From Schmidtea polychroa (Eukaryota), in the NCBI GenBank assembly GCA_044892525.1, contig CM097885.1, positions 47,679,727 through 47,743,726 on the forward strand: DNA of 64,000 nucleotides. The letters run 5' to 3'. The notes beneath the pieces were generated by a model, which had not been told where the DNA came from, did no database searches, and saw nothing but the letters and a program-made list of their open reading frames with translations. Of the stretch, positions 23,526 to 38,766 are shown piece by piece. Position numbers and translations under genes: made by a program. Every line of letters starts with the position of its first letter. The first letter of the stretch is position 1.

Positions 23526-26006
23526 AAAAAAATGTTTGATTGGCGTTATCTTATAATACATAAATATATAATATATATTCCTTCATATATGAAAAACGAT
23601 TTTATTCTAGAAATCCATAAAGAATTGTGTCATGCAGGAATCAACTAAACTACAAATTACATAAAGAATTATTACAATTTCCAAGAAATGGATATAAGTA
23701 TCAAGAGAATTATCACAACTTGTGAAATTTGCCAGAAACGTAAGACATTCACTGGGAAAACAAAAGAAGTTATTGAAAAATTAATTGCGCATGAACCATT
23801 TGAAAAAAACTATATTGATTTTTGTGGCCCCTTTAAAATGACACCATCTGGCAAAAAATATGTGATGGCTGTAATAGATTATTTTAGTAAATATATATTA
23901 TTAAAAGCTGAAAGAACACAAGAAAAAAAGACATTAATTGATAATGTGAAAAGTTCGTGGATATTGAAGTTTGGACCGCCAAAGGAAATTCATACTGATA
24001 AAGGAAAATCCCAATTTTTTAAAAATATAGCAGTAAAGTATCACTTGAAAATAGTTTATTCAAGCCCTTATCATCATCAATCTAATGGACAAATTGAAAG
24101 ACAATTTAGAATGCTAAGAGACTGGATTTCATGCTGTCTGGAAGAGAAACAATTTAAGACATGGGAAGAAGCATTGCATCTATATAGAATTTGCAATGAA
24201 TTCAACAATGCAGTCAAGTATAAAAGTTAGTCCTGTTGAAGTAATATATGGAAGGAAATTTTGCAAAGAGCGTTTTACTAATAGTCCAGAAATTAATACT
24301 AAAGAATCAAAGAAGCATGAAATAGTATTGAATATTAAATCATTGAACCGTATAAATAATTATAAGCAAGAAAATCGAATACATAGATTTTTCAGAGTTG
24401 ATGAATTAGTACTCGTCAAGGAAGATATCAGAAACAAGCAAGATAACAGGTATTGCGGACCTTTTGAAATAATGGGAAAATATAATAAAAATAGTTATTT
24501 ATTAAGGAATGCTGATAATAAATGTATTACTAGAAATATGGAATGTCTAAAACCATTTAAAACGAGGGGTATATGATGTAATTATAATGTTATATTTGAT
24601 TTCACTAACTTTTATCAAATATATTGTGTAATGCCTGCATGTGTGATTTATTATTTTTGATTGTCTGGGTCCTCAAATTATGTCACTGATTATTATTTCT
24701 CAAAAAGCTATTTCTGATTGTGTTGGTGTCGGCACCCTGGGTACTATAAATAGTACCACAATTTTTTAAATAAAGTTTTTGGAATTTAACAATTATTCTT
24801 ATTCTTTACAAATGTAATGTGAAAAAGTTCGGATAAGTGTTCATTTATTATCTACGAGTGATGTTTTGACTTAATATACTTCATTACAGAATATAAAGAT
24901 TCACAACATTAGGTTGTGCCAAACATTGAGATTAACTTTAAAACGGCCTTTTTAAATGTGAATATTTAGATTCAGCAACAAGTTTCCAAAATTCTATTGG
25001 AGGCACTATCGATTTATGTAACATTTTTAATCCAAGGTCTTCCTGTATGTTAATCAATTTTAATTCTGCAATAGTTGTTATAGGTAAAATACTTTATATA
25101 TTTGAACATCCTTCGTTGATTACATCAATTTCAAATGAATTCACCAAAAAATCGATGCATAATTTGAATTTTCTTAAATCTTCAAATCTTAATGCAAAAC
25201 CAATCTATTAATCCATGTAATTTATCTATATACTCTTCAAGTTTTGTATCTTCGATTTGTGATAACATATTTTCAATCTAGGTAAATGATTGAGATTTTT
25301 CGAACAGTTTTAAACAGTTTTTTGAACAGTTTTAATTTTCTTTCAAGGCTAAAAATCGCCTGGGATAGATCAACTTTTTCTTTCCTTGTAATTTTAAATT
25401 TAGCGATTTCTGCTAACTATGGATAAACTATATGCTTTTTTTAGAGAAAATCCTTCATTAGGCTAATTTAATCACAGAAACGGCTTAATACATTATATGT
25501 AGATAACCATCTCATAACAGAATAGAATGGCAACTCATTAAGATGGTCATCAAATTCTAATTCTTCAAGAAAATTTTTAAATTGTCTATGATTTTTTGAG
25601 TTTGTTCGAATATAATTGGCAACCTTAAGATCTGTTTTCATAACATTGCCATACTTAAAATATTTGGCTATTAAATAAAACAATAAACAGATATAAAATC
25701 AGGTATTCTCGGATCACTTTTAAAAGATCAACAAGACTTTTTTTTTACCTAACATCGCAGATTCACAATTGGTTGCAACGCTTACGAGTCGGTTCAAAGG
25801 TATACTATTAGATGACAATATTGTGTCCAGTGCATTCTTGTTGCATTATTGAGTGCTACTAAATCAAGCAATTCTTCTTTCACGGTTACATCAGCAGAAA
25901 TATATCAGATAAATACAGCTAGTTGTGGCTTTTTTTGAATGTCTATAAATTCATCGAGAGCTAAACTAAACGCTACATTGTTTTTTTATATCAACGATTA
26001 GCTGTT

Positions 26007-26870
26007 ACTACCGAACAAGCCCGAATAGATACCGGGTGAACATTTAAGTGAAACCTTCATAATGACATTTCAGTCCAACCCAACCCAATCCAAAGTACAA
26101 GATTGGCAATTATTATCGACATTTTTGGCTATTTGACATCCTTGAAACATCTTAGTGACTTATTTAATTTTGTCACTTATTTATTTTGGCGTGGATGAAT
26201 TATTGTATATACTTATTGATATCACGATTTCATTGATTACACAACAAAAAGGTTCAAAAACAGCACGAAACATAACACGCATACAAAACATTTAATGATT
26301 CATGAAAGGATTCATGGAAGAGAAGTTCTGTATTTAATATAATTTTGTTATATAAATAAATCTTTAAAAAAAACGATTCTGTAGCTTTATTTAAAAAAAA
26401 TTAAAAAAAAGATATCTTGTATGCGTTATAATTATTATTGTGCTATTCCTCCGAAAGGTTGTAATAAGAATTTGAAACATTTGAAGGGTATTGAAAATCG
26501 ATATCGTTGAATTCGTTGAAATCACTTGTGATAATCAATACAGTTTTACGTTATTGGGATTTGTCACACTCGGAGTTAGACCAGTAATTGGTAGTTTAAT
26601 AATCACTGACAAACTACAACATATCCGCCATATTTATCGATGTTTGAAATACAATGTTATTCATGTGAGTAAATGTCATTAAAATAGAAAAAGTTTTCTA
26701 ATAAATATTAAGTTTCAATCAAGGGAACTTTCTCGGTGAAGATCAAATATCTTTCAATGATTATTGTGCAACATACCACACTTGAAACCATAGCAACTAA
26801 ATATATGGGAATCCTCATAAAGATCAATATTTTCTACAAACTTCAAACCAAATTATCATAAAATTCTCTG
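26007..26870 (-). mobile_element. Possible Helitron remnant
   Basis: Minus strand ends CCCGG..TCGGG hairpin followed by (C>G)TAG|T; faint Rep/helicase-like peptides (HNNH.KIFDLH, KLPITG). Confidence 0.3.
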
Positions 26871-26886
26871 CTAAAGATCATCTGAT

Positions 26887-27199
26887 CAGTGTTTCTCAAA
26901 CTTTTCTCGCTCGCGGCACACCTGCCAAAAAATCAATTATTTTTACAAATTTTTTGACTTTCCAATGATATATAAAAAAGGTAATTAAATATTATACTAA
27001 TTAAATAAATTAAATTAAATCTATACTAATTAAATATGATTACAAGATTTTTATAAGGTAATAAAGACAATTTTTTGTAATTTTGATCCACAGAAGCGAC
27101 TTTTTCACAATAAAAAGCTTGATATAGTTTTTGTAATTTTTTTTTATTACCAACTTTTTTGGTAAAAAAGTCTCGCGGCACACCGGTTGAGAAACACTG
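26887..27199. mobile_element. Buster/Charlie-type hAT MITE
   Basis: TIR CAGTGTTTCTCAA / TTGAGAAACACTG; repeated CTCGCGGCACACC; TSD degenerate. Confidence 0.8.
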
Positions 27200-27880
27200 A
27201 TTTAGATAACATTTTGTTAATTCATCGCTGGTTTCTTAATAAATTATAGCGTGCCTTACTAAATAAAATTATTTTAAATATTCAGAAATTTCTACAAAAT
27301 TAAAGAGTTTCACAAATGTTTTTAAAATTATAAATTAAAAATTTTATTATTAAAAAGTAAAAACTTACTAAGTACTCATTGAATAAAATATTCTTAGTTG
27401 AAAAGGTGTATTAAGAAAATTCAATTTGTCAATCAAAATTTTAAGAACTAATATATAAATCATCATAGATAAACTCATTAATATATCAACCCAAAACAAA
27501 CTTTAATTTATAAACGAATGATCAATAAATTTCAACTAAAAATTTATCCTAGAGTTTCTATAAAATCGTTAAAGCTTTATTCATAGAATCAATAAAAATC
27601 ATCATTGAATATTAAAAATAATTAAATTTAACTTACAAATCCTTAATTTACCTAAATAAATTCCATATTACCATCCTTAATAATTCAATTAATTTTTACT
27701 GACATACTTAAAATAATTATTTCAACTGATACCTTTAAATATATTTTAAATTTTAATTGTGAATTCTCTTTAGCTACCACGAAAATCGCATAATATAATT
27801 TACCCTCACATCCTAAATTGGACCCCCATGCCAGGAAGTTCCTCGGGCCCCCAAACTATATACCACTTGATGCTCTACAG

Positions 27881-30393
<2,513 letters not shown>

Positions 30394-30544
30394 CTCTACA
30401 GGAATTAGAATAAAATAGGGCGGATTAAATGATGGCAAGAAAGTAACATTAAAAATTTATTAAAAATAAACTACAGTTTTTAGCTTTACATTTAAAAAAA
30501 CATGGACTATGGTAAAAACTTACAATAATATCAAAAATTATCTC

Positions 30545-30826
30545 AAATTAGACTATATTTTCTAGCTTTTGTTAATGCAAATTTTTCAATATCATCATTA
30601 AAATCAACTTTCTTTGCTAAATCATTTTCGATACTTAGAATTGCTAGATGATTAAGTCGATCTTGAATAGTTGTGCTTCTTTGCCATGTTTTTAATGAAT
30701 TTGCCAGCCTGCAGAATGATCTTTCAGCTGAAGAAACCGTAACTGGTACGGTACAAAACAGTTTAATGACGAGTCAGATATTAGCAAATATACCTTGCAG
30801 TTTTTTGTCATAAATTGCATTCACAG
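30545..30826 (-). mobile_element. hAT (ZMYM1/Tip100-like) C-terminal remnant
   Basis: LFCTVPVTVSSAERSF..LKTWQRSTTIQDRLNHLAILSIEND...IEKFA. Confidence 0.8.
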
Positions 30827-31164
30827 CCTTGTCAGCCTGAAGATACTCGTCACTAAGTGACACTGCCACTGTTTAAACTGGTTTAGAGATTAATCAAATG
30901 TGAGTCACGTTATCAGGAATGCTAGTTTAATACTCAAGCGGGTTCAACAATAGCCTTACATGATCCTATTAACTAGGCTTTTCAAATTCGCCGAATTTTT
31001 CATTAAATATTCAAATAATATACCATCATTCATTAATTCCTTTACATCCTTTTTCAAATTATTCCTCCTAATCGCGAAGAAAATTCGATAATAGATTCCC
31101 AATTTTGTCTTTTACTACAAATTCTCTAAATAATAATAAAAAATGTACTTTTGTCACTCCCCAC

Positions 31165-32913
31165 TAGGGCTTGCAAAACCGGTTTTACTGAAAATGGTTT
31201 TTCGGTAAAACCGGCCAAAATTGAAAACCGAAAAAACCGGTTTCATTTAATTTAGCAATTGGTTTTTAAATAGATTATTTATTTTATTCAACAATAATAA
31301 TCAATTACAATGAATTACTTTAAGAATATCATTAAGTGCCGTTGGTAATATACATAGACGATGGAGGAGTGGGGAGTTTGCTGATATGAATAAGGTCGAA
31401 ACAAGTGGTAAAAAAAGCAAAATATAGGAAATCAAACTCTGTAGCTCGCCTTATAATTGTAAACTCCCTAAGTTCAGACTGTAACAGTGGAGAGCTTATG
31501 CTTTCAAAATCAAGACTTATATCGAGCATATATTACTTAACAGTTAATGCTAGATGAGCTATCAAAACAAAACAACTCATTTAGTATAGATCTGAACATA
31601 GCTCTATTAAGGCAAATAGCGAACGACTTTAAATATGCTGATCATTTTAGCCATTTTACTACTCCTATAGCTTATATAAATATAAACAAAATGAAAATTT
31701 ATCCATAGATTCAGATGTGAATGAAAACGAATCTGGAGATATATTATTAACTTTTAAGGAAAAATTAGATAGCCAAATGTTTAAAGACTAATCAGAAATA
31801 TAAATTTCAAAATCCGGCAAAGAAATCTAAAAAAGATTTACTATCGATTGTACGAGTGGAAATGAACTATTATGAGTCAGAAAAATGAAAGGGAAATATT
31901 TAAATATAGTTTATGGTTATTTAGAAACCATTCGACCAACAAGTACTGAGTCGGAAAGATCATTTTCTTCAGCCTCACATTTAGTAACAAAAGTACGATC
32001 ACCTTTATCTGATCAATCGATAAACCATTTGTGCTTAGTCCGAGCATTTTATAATAAAAAAATAAGACAATAATTTATTTTTAAATATATTTTTTAATGA
32101 ATTATAATTAATATATTATATTTAATGACGCCGAAACAGAATATGAATTGTTAACTTTAGATATCAATAATCAATTACAATGAATTACTTTAAGAATATC
32201 ATTAAGTGCCGTTGGTAATATACCTAGACGATGGAGGAGTGGCGAGTTCGCTGATATGAATAAGGTCGAAACAAGTGGTAAAAAAAGAGCAAAATATAGG
32301 AAGTCAAACTCTGTAGCTCGCCTTATAATTGTAAACTCCCTAAGTTCAGACTGTAGCTTAACCCTCAAATCTTTGAGTAACAAATCTTTGAAGAACAAAC
32401 TTGATGAAAAGTTACTTCAAATGTCATTATCCACAATTTCGAGAACTATTAAAAAAATGGAATATTCAAGGAAAAAATTAGTTAAAGTGGCCGTTGAAAG
32501 AAACTGCTCTAGAGTTATAAATGAGAGGTTTATTGTAGAGAGCTCACCCCAGCTCAACCCAACTGAAGAATTCTTTTCAATGGTCAAAAGTCGATATACA
32601 TCCTCTGATATTTCTGTAACTTCCTCATTACAAGCTAAAGAAAAAATTGCTAATGTTTTTAATAACGAAGATTTGCCAGTATAACCATTTGATACCAATA
32701 TGAGAAGATTTATCGATATTGGTCTGTCAAGAAATAAATTTATATTTTATAATAATGCAAAAATAATTTTATTATAATGCAAAAGTGCATATATGTTTTC
32801 TAATAAAATATTATTTCTTATGAAATAAATAACGTTTAATAGTTTTATTTTATGTGAAAATTATTTTTTTCTGAAAACCGGTTTAAAAAATATCGACAGT
32901 TTTGCAAGCCCTA
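31165..32913 (+). mobile_element. Non-autonomous Ac-type hAT carrying Tc1/IS630-like transposase fragments
   Basis: TIR TAGGGCTTGCAAAAC; perfect TSD CTCCCCAC; AAAACCG subterminal repeats; hAT tail PTSTESERSFS; Tc1-like SLSTISR...SPQLNPTEEFFS. Confidence 0.9.
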
Positions 32914-33106
32914 CTCCCCACTAATTTATCATTCTGTTAACGAATAATTATATATATATACGCTTTTAGATTTTCAATATGTATATATAATTTTCTTTAC
33001 TCTATTTCTTTCATTAACATAAAAATTGAAAATATTAATACTAAATTCTTCTAAAAATTTTTAATATATCAAAAATCTGCATCAAATAATGATGGAAACG
33101 AAAATA

Positions 33107-33376
33107 TCAGTGAGAATGTCGAATAGAAAGGACAAGAGGCAATACAGAACCAAATATGATTAAAAATAATTCAAAGAAACTAAATCCCGATACATGATCG
33201 ACTGGATTGACCACATTTCTGTTATCAACAGAATTTTCTGAATTGTTTTGAGTTCTGGATTGGTTATTGGAAAGTTCTGGTAGCACATGAACTGTGGCCA
33301 CATACAGGAATGTGCCGGCAGAAAATAATAAAGCGATGCCGGTAGCATTTAAATCCTGCATACGCTCTTTAGCACT
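33107..33376 (-). CDS. SLC39A9: ZIP9 zinc transporter, exon 6 (terminal)
   Basis: ttccag|SAKERMQDLNATGIALLFSAGTFLYVATVHVLPEL...LPLVLSIRHSH-stop. Confidence 0.95.
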   Translation of the reverse strand, partial: SAKERMQDLNATGIALLFSAGTFLYVATVHVLPELSNNQSRTQNNSENSVDNRNVVNPVDHVSGFSFFELFLIIFGSVLPLVLSIRHSH

Positions 33377-33525
33377 CTGGAAATGTGGAAGTTTATGATA
33401 TTAAATATTAACTATGGAAATAGGCAAATGATAAAATAGATCAAAAATGAAAATCATGCATAAAAAAGTAAACACGTTAAAATCCATATTGGAATATTAC
33501 CACATTCACTGTCCATGTATCATAT

Positions 33526-36102
33526 CAGGGCTGACCAACAAGTCGATCGCGAGGCCATTTTTGGTCGATCGTCGATCTCTCGCAATTTGTGTTAGGGATA
33601 TTTAAATAATTAATTTATAAATAAAATATATATTGTATTATAAGTATCAAATACTATTATATAGTAAAAGTATAATAAGTATAAATGCTGGCAATCATAA
33701 TTATCATTATTATTAAATTAATTAATTCGCCATTAAAATCGGTTGTTTTAATAATACTAGATTTAGGCAACAATTTGTATTTAAATATATTTTTTGAAAA
33801 GTAAGCTTTTATTATTAACAATTTGCATTCTAGTATACCCATGAATATGAGTAGTAAACCGAAGAAATCTAAAACTTATCACTTCAATGAAGCGGGAGCT
33901 CAATTACTTTTTTACAATGGTGAATGATAAATGCTATTGTTTCATATGCCTTACCTTGGTAGCCATTGCTAAGAAGGGTAATCTGGAGAGACATTTTTTA
34001 GCTTTACATAACAAGTATCAAACTGATTATCCATCAAATTCAGAACTGAGAAAACATAAAGTTAAGGATCTTAAAACTCGATTAGCAGATCAACAGAGCG
34101 TTTTTAAAAAGCCAATGTGGATTTCACAAGCATTAACTACTGCATCATTTAAAGTAAGCTATCTCTTAGCCAAAAAATGCAAGCTATTTTCCGACGGTGA
34201 ATTTGTAAAGGAATGTTTTTAGGAAATGTCGGATTCACTTTTTAAGGATTTTAAGAACAAGAGTGAAATTGTTGCTGCAATTCAAGATCTACAATTATCT
34301 CGAAGCAAAGTGGTGCGAAGAATTGAAATGATGAGTGGAAGTGTAAAAGAGCAGTTAATTAAGGATATTAATAGATGTTCTTGTTTTTCCACTCAGTGTG
34401 ATGAATCGACAGATATAAGTGATACAGCATAATTACTTGTTTTCGTTCGTATGGTTTTTAAGGATTTTACATCTAAAGAAGAATTGTTGAGTATGATTTC
34501 TTTGAATGAAAGGACTAGAGGTGTCGACATATTCGAAGCCTTTACAAACTTGATCCATGATTTGAAAGTACCACTTTTCAAATTAGTCTCAATAACAACG
34601 GATGGTGCAGCTGCATGATAGGTTGCAAAAATGCATTTATAGCCCTATGTCGAGCTGAAGATCTATTCACAGCTTTTTTGAGCTATCACTGCATAATTCA
34701 CCAGCAAGTGTTAGCTAGTAAGACTAAACACAGAAGAGGTAATGGACGTAGCATTTAAAATTGTTAATTGAATTCGAGGAAGTTCCCTCAAAAGACGTCT
34801 CTTCCAACTGCAGCTCGATGAAAGCCAACCTGAATTATTACTACATACCGATGTCAGATGGCTGAGCAGAGGTAAATTTCTGCAGCGATTTCGTGATTTA
34901 TTGCCTGAAATTATAGGTTTTCTTCGCGAACAAGATGAAAACTGTGAAAATTTAAAGGATAAAACTTGGCTTAGTGACTTGGTATTTATTACCGATTTTA
35001 CTTCAATATTAAGTCATTTAAATTTAGAATTACAAGGTAAAAATAAAACAGTAATTGATATGATCAGTTGCATAAACGCATTTAAAAAAAATTATATTGC
35101 TAATAGAAGATCTGCAACAAAACAATCTGAATTATTTTCCAAACATGGCGGATAACCTACAAAAACATGAAGTATAAGATCGACAAATAAGTCGCGGAAA
35201 TCCAAAAAGTAATTAATGATTTTGAGGTAAGATTCCAGGATTTTGAAAAAATTAAAGAAATAGTGGAATTTATATCTTTTCTTTTTAAAAAAGATTTAAG
35301 TGTGAAAAGCATTAGCCAAAAAATTTCAGATATATTTCATATGGATCAAAAGGCATTAGAAAATAAAATTATAATTTTGCAAACTGACTTAAACCTACAA
35401 GCCAGAAAATCTGAAGACTCATTATTAATATCTTTGTCGGGATATACACCTGATTATGATTCCTTGGTTAGAGACATGCAAACTCAGTCTTCCAATTAAT
35501 GTTAAGGGAACAAAGTCAATTCTAAATCTGTATTTAACTGTGGCTACTTTAAATTAATAAATATTATTCTTTTAATTCCCCTGGACGTGAGTATTTGGCC
35601 CTTTAAATAATTATTGATGTTTTCTTACGTAGGTAGATAAGCACAATAAGCCCAATCTATATTTCAGTACGAGATGTACTTACGAGCTTTTTTATATTTA
35701 CGAACAAATATTGCAACAACTATACATTGCAGTTGATAAAAAAATAAATTGTATTTTAAGTTAGTAAAGACCTATCTCGAAAAAGTGTTGTAAAATCGAA
35801 TTTTTTAGGTACAGCATGTACGGAACGTGCTATCAAAAGTTTGGTCTGGGAATTTATTTTCTTTGGGAGCGTAAATCTCGAAAACTAATAAGTGATTTGA
35901 AAATAAAAATAGGTTTGAACATATATTTTACGTATCTACCCATACCTCGCTGGAATGCACCGTATGCTGAAACACAGTGTATAAACATAGTATGCATTAC
36001 ACACCCATTATTCCCCCTTAGACTACGTCTATGGCAATAAGTCGATCTCGACACACTCTTAACAAAAAGTCGATCTTGTATACAGAAAAGTTTGACACCC
36101 TG
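33526..36102 (+). mobile_element. GTF2IRD2/Spin-type hAT transposon with decayed transposase (~33850-35499)
   Basis: Ends CAGGGCTGACCAAC / GTTTGACACCCTG; GTCGATC subterminal repeats; CDESTD, TTDGA, HCIIHQ, VRWLSRG with stop codons; TSD unclear. Confidence 0.9.
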
Positions 36103-38472
36103 CCATATATGATTCATAAGGAGTAATTACATAATTACGTCACACTCGAGCGTGGGTGTGTTCCTTGAAAACGTGATTTGGGTGGGTGGGTTACTTGAGT
36201 TGAACATGAGGTCACGCTAGTTATATTTTATAATGTACCGGTTAGATCAGTGGTTCTTAACCGGTGTTCTGTGGGATAAGGTGAAGTGTTCCACCGAACT
36301 TAGATATTCAGAAAAAAAGTATCAAATATTATGTGAAAAATTAGCATTTTGTTATATTAGGAATTAAATATAAATAATATTAATAAAATTTAGAGAACAC
36401 TACATATTGTTAATATTATTTGATAAAAAATGCCTTCGGAGAATCAGACTACAGCAGGGTCAGATTGCTTTCTTTTGTTTATTTTCGTAAAAAAGACAGT
36501 GAAATTCTTCTAAATGTTACACCGTTTCCATCTCTTCAAAATAATTTTTATTATATTCTGTATATTGAATATGCGTAATGACTTAGTCTGTGACTAAAGC
36601 ACATTTATTCTCGCAAAGCTCGTAGTATATTTCATAAGTTAACACGTAAAACAATTGAGGTGCTTTATTGTACAGTTTGTAGTGCATTATGTTTGAACAA
36701 GAATAGTAGTTGTGTTCAGAATCAAGCGTCTTGCAATAAGGTTATTATAATAATTAATTTTTTTTACTCAATCTATATTAACTTCCCTGATGTATGTTTT
36801 AATGTGCCATGCAAATTTTGTGAGGCCAAATAACCTATTTTCCGTAATCGGGTTGGACTGAAATTTGGCAAGTAGATTCGTTGTCGAGATCACTGCATGC
36901 TGTTCAGGTCATGGAAAGTGGGTTAATTTTAAAAATATTGATTTGTCAAATTTAGTTTTATTTCCTTATTTCAATATAAATTCTTATCTATTCATTAACT
37001 TCAGATTAAATTAAATAACGTAATTATATCTAAAATATGTTGAAATTAAGATTGAAATAGAGTTGCAAAAACCATGTTTTTTATGGTTGATTATTTTATT
37101 TTTTAATAGATTTTGTAGGAAATGGACAAATATTTAAAAAGAAAGCACGGCGATTCTTGTACTGATAATATCAATACTAGTACTTGCGCAACCAACATTC
37201 AAAATGTTGATGAGAGCAAGAGAACCAAAGAAAATAAAACAAAGAAACTCAATAGACAATATTCAGATGAATATTAAGAATTCAGGTTTACATTCTCCGT
37301 TGACAGAAATGATTGTCATATTCCAGTATGCATAGTTTTTGGAGAAAAACTTTCTAACAGTGCGATGGTGACGGCAAAATTAAAGCGGCATTTTTTAACA
37401 AAACATGATAATTCTCCAATCCCAAAACAGGAATTATTTTGAAAGATTGCTAAAATATCAAATTGAACAAGACAATAAATTTAGAAAAACAGTGTCAATG
37501 TCCAATAAGGCACAAATTGGGTTAGGGTTTGCTCTGAAATTGTTCAAATTATGTTTGGGGATGATGCAAAAATATAAATTATGAAAAAACCTCTTTCGGA
37601 TGACACAATTAAAATTAGAATTTTGGACATGTCAGATGATATTAAGAAGAAACTTATTACAAGGTTTTCGGAACAGTACTTTGTTTTGCAAATCGATGAG
37701 TCTACCGACATTAGCGGAATAACCTACCTGATATGATTTGTACGTTTTATTAATGAAAATGAAATAGTGAATCAATTTTCATGCATCAGACAACTTGCTG
37801 AACCCACAACAGGAAATTATATTTTTGAATCAATTTCGTCATATTTAGATAAATTTTAAATAACATGGGACCAATATGTGTAGGAACGATGGTGCCCCTT
37901 CAATGGTCAGCTCTATTAAAAGATGTATTGCTTTAAGAAGAAAAAAATCCAAACACTGTTTTTTGCATCGAGAATCTTTTGTATCAAAAACTTTACGTGC
38001 CACATTAAAATCCACCTTAGACTAAGTAGTTAACATAGTAAATTATATCAAATCACGTCCTTTACAAACACAATTATTTAAAAAAATTTGTACATCTATG
38101 GGAGTTTTGGGGTTTGGCTCGTACTGAGAGCAATTTCGATAGCCATGTAGAGACTAGGACATAAATTATAATAATAAGTATAAATAATTAATAATTACTA
38201 AAATTAGAATAAATTACTATAAATAGGTTAAGTAAATAAATAATTACTATATTTGGAATAAATAATTACTATAAATAATAAATACAAGTAGAATACTATA
38301 AGTAATTTATAAATATATATTATTACAAAATAACAAATAATATAAATTGTTGTAAATTTTTAGTTAGGGAAAAAAATAATTTTGTTCTGGGCTTAATCAG
38401 TATTGATTTTAAAGCCATTACCAGAAACGATATTTTAGAAACAGCTGTCGAGCAAAGATTAGTTGTGAAAGT

Positions 38473-38766
38473 TGTGAGGAGTTAAAATTAAAATACTAAA
38501 TTAAATTAGTTCGTGATTAAAATTTGTAAAATTTTAATTGAAACTTAAATTATTTTAAGATATTAAAATTGAAATGATAATTGAAATTTTAAAATAAAAT
38601 AATTTTTAATAAAATTGAAATTCAAGTATGAATGCGATGGTATGTTGATATTTGGTTGAAATTAAAATTTAGAAAATGTCAGATTTAATGAAATATAATT
38701 TTTGGATTTAATAGTCTTAGTAATTTATTTTGATGACAGAAGAATTAAATGTTATAGCTTCTAACA
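38473..38766 (+). repeat. 5' LTR (294 bp)
   Basis: Matches the 3' LTR except for a 24-bp deletion, a 1-bp indel and one substitution seen by eye. Confidence 0.95.

Larger units (their letters stand above)
21359..23557. mobile_element. Young Penelope-like insertion with inverted ~780-bp arms
   Basis: TSD ACATAAATATATA (21346-21358 / 23558-23570); arms 21384-22162 and 22778-23557; gypsy pol reads through once it is removed. Confidence 0.95.
20139..24810 (+). mobile_element. Ty3/gypsy LTR retrotransposon, internally deleted and degenerate
   Basis: TSD AATGT (20134-20138 / 24811-24815); partial 5' LTR 20139-~20263 fused to RT (FGIAAAP, YLDD); RNase H; integrase; PPT; 3' LTR 24572-24810. Confidence 0.92.
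19949..26005 (-). mobile_element. Degenerate GTF2IRD2/Spin-type hAT, host of the gypsy insertion
   Basis: End CAGGGTGGCCAACC at 19949; minus-strand remnants FSLALDE, NYIRTNSKNHRQFK, VMRWLS; the frame FHITLTNYKP is restored when the gypsy element is removed. Confidence 0.75.

Noticed and set aside
24811..24908. Alternative gypsy 3' end at TCACAACA (24908)
   Set aside because: The end at 24810 gives a perfect AATGT TSD and restores the host hAT frame.
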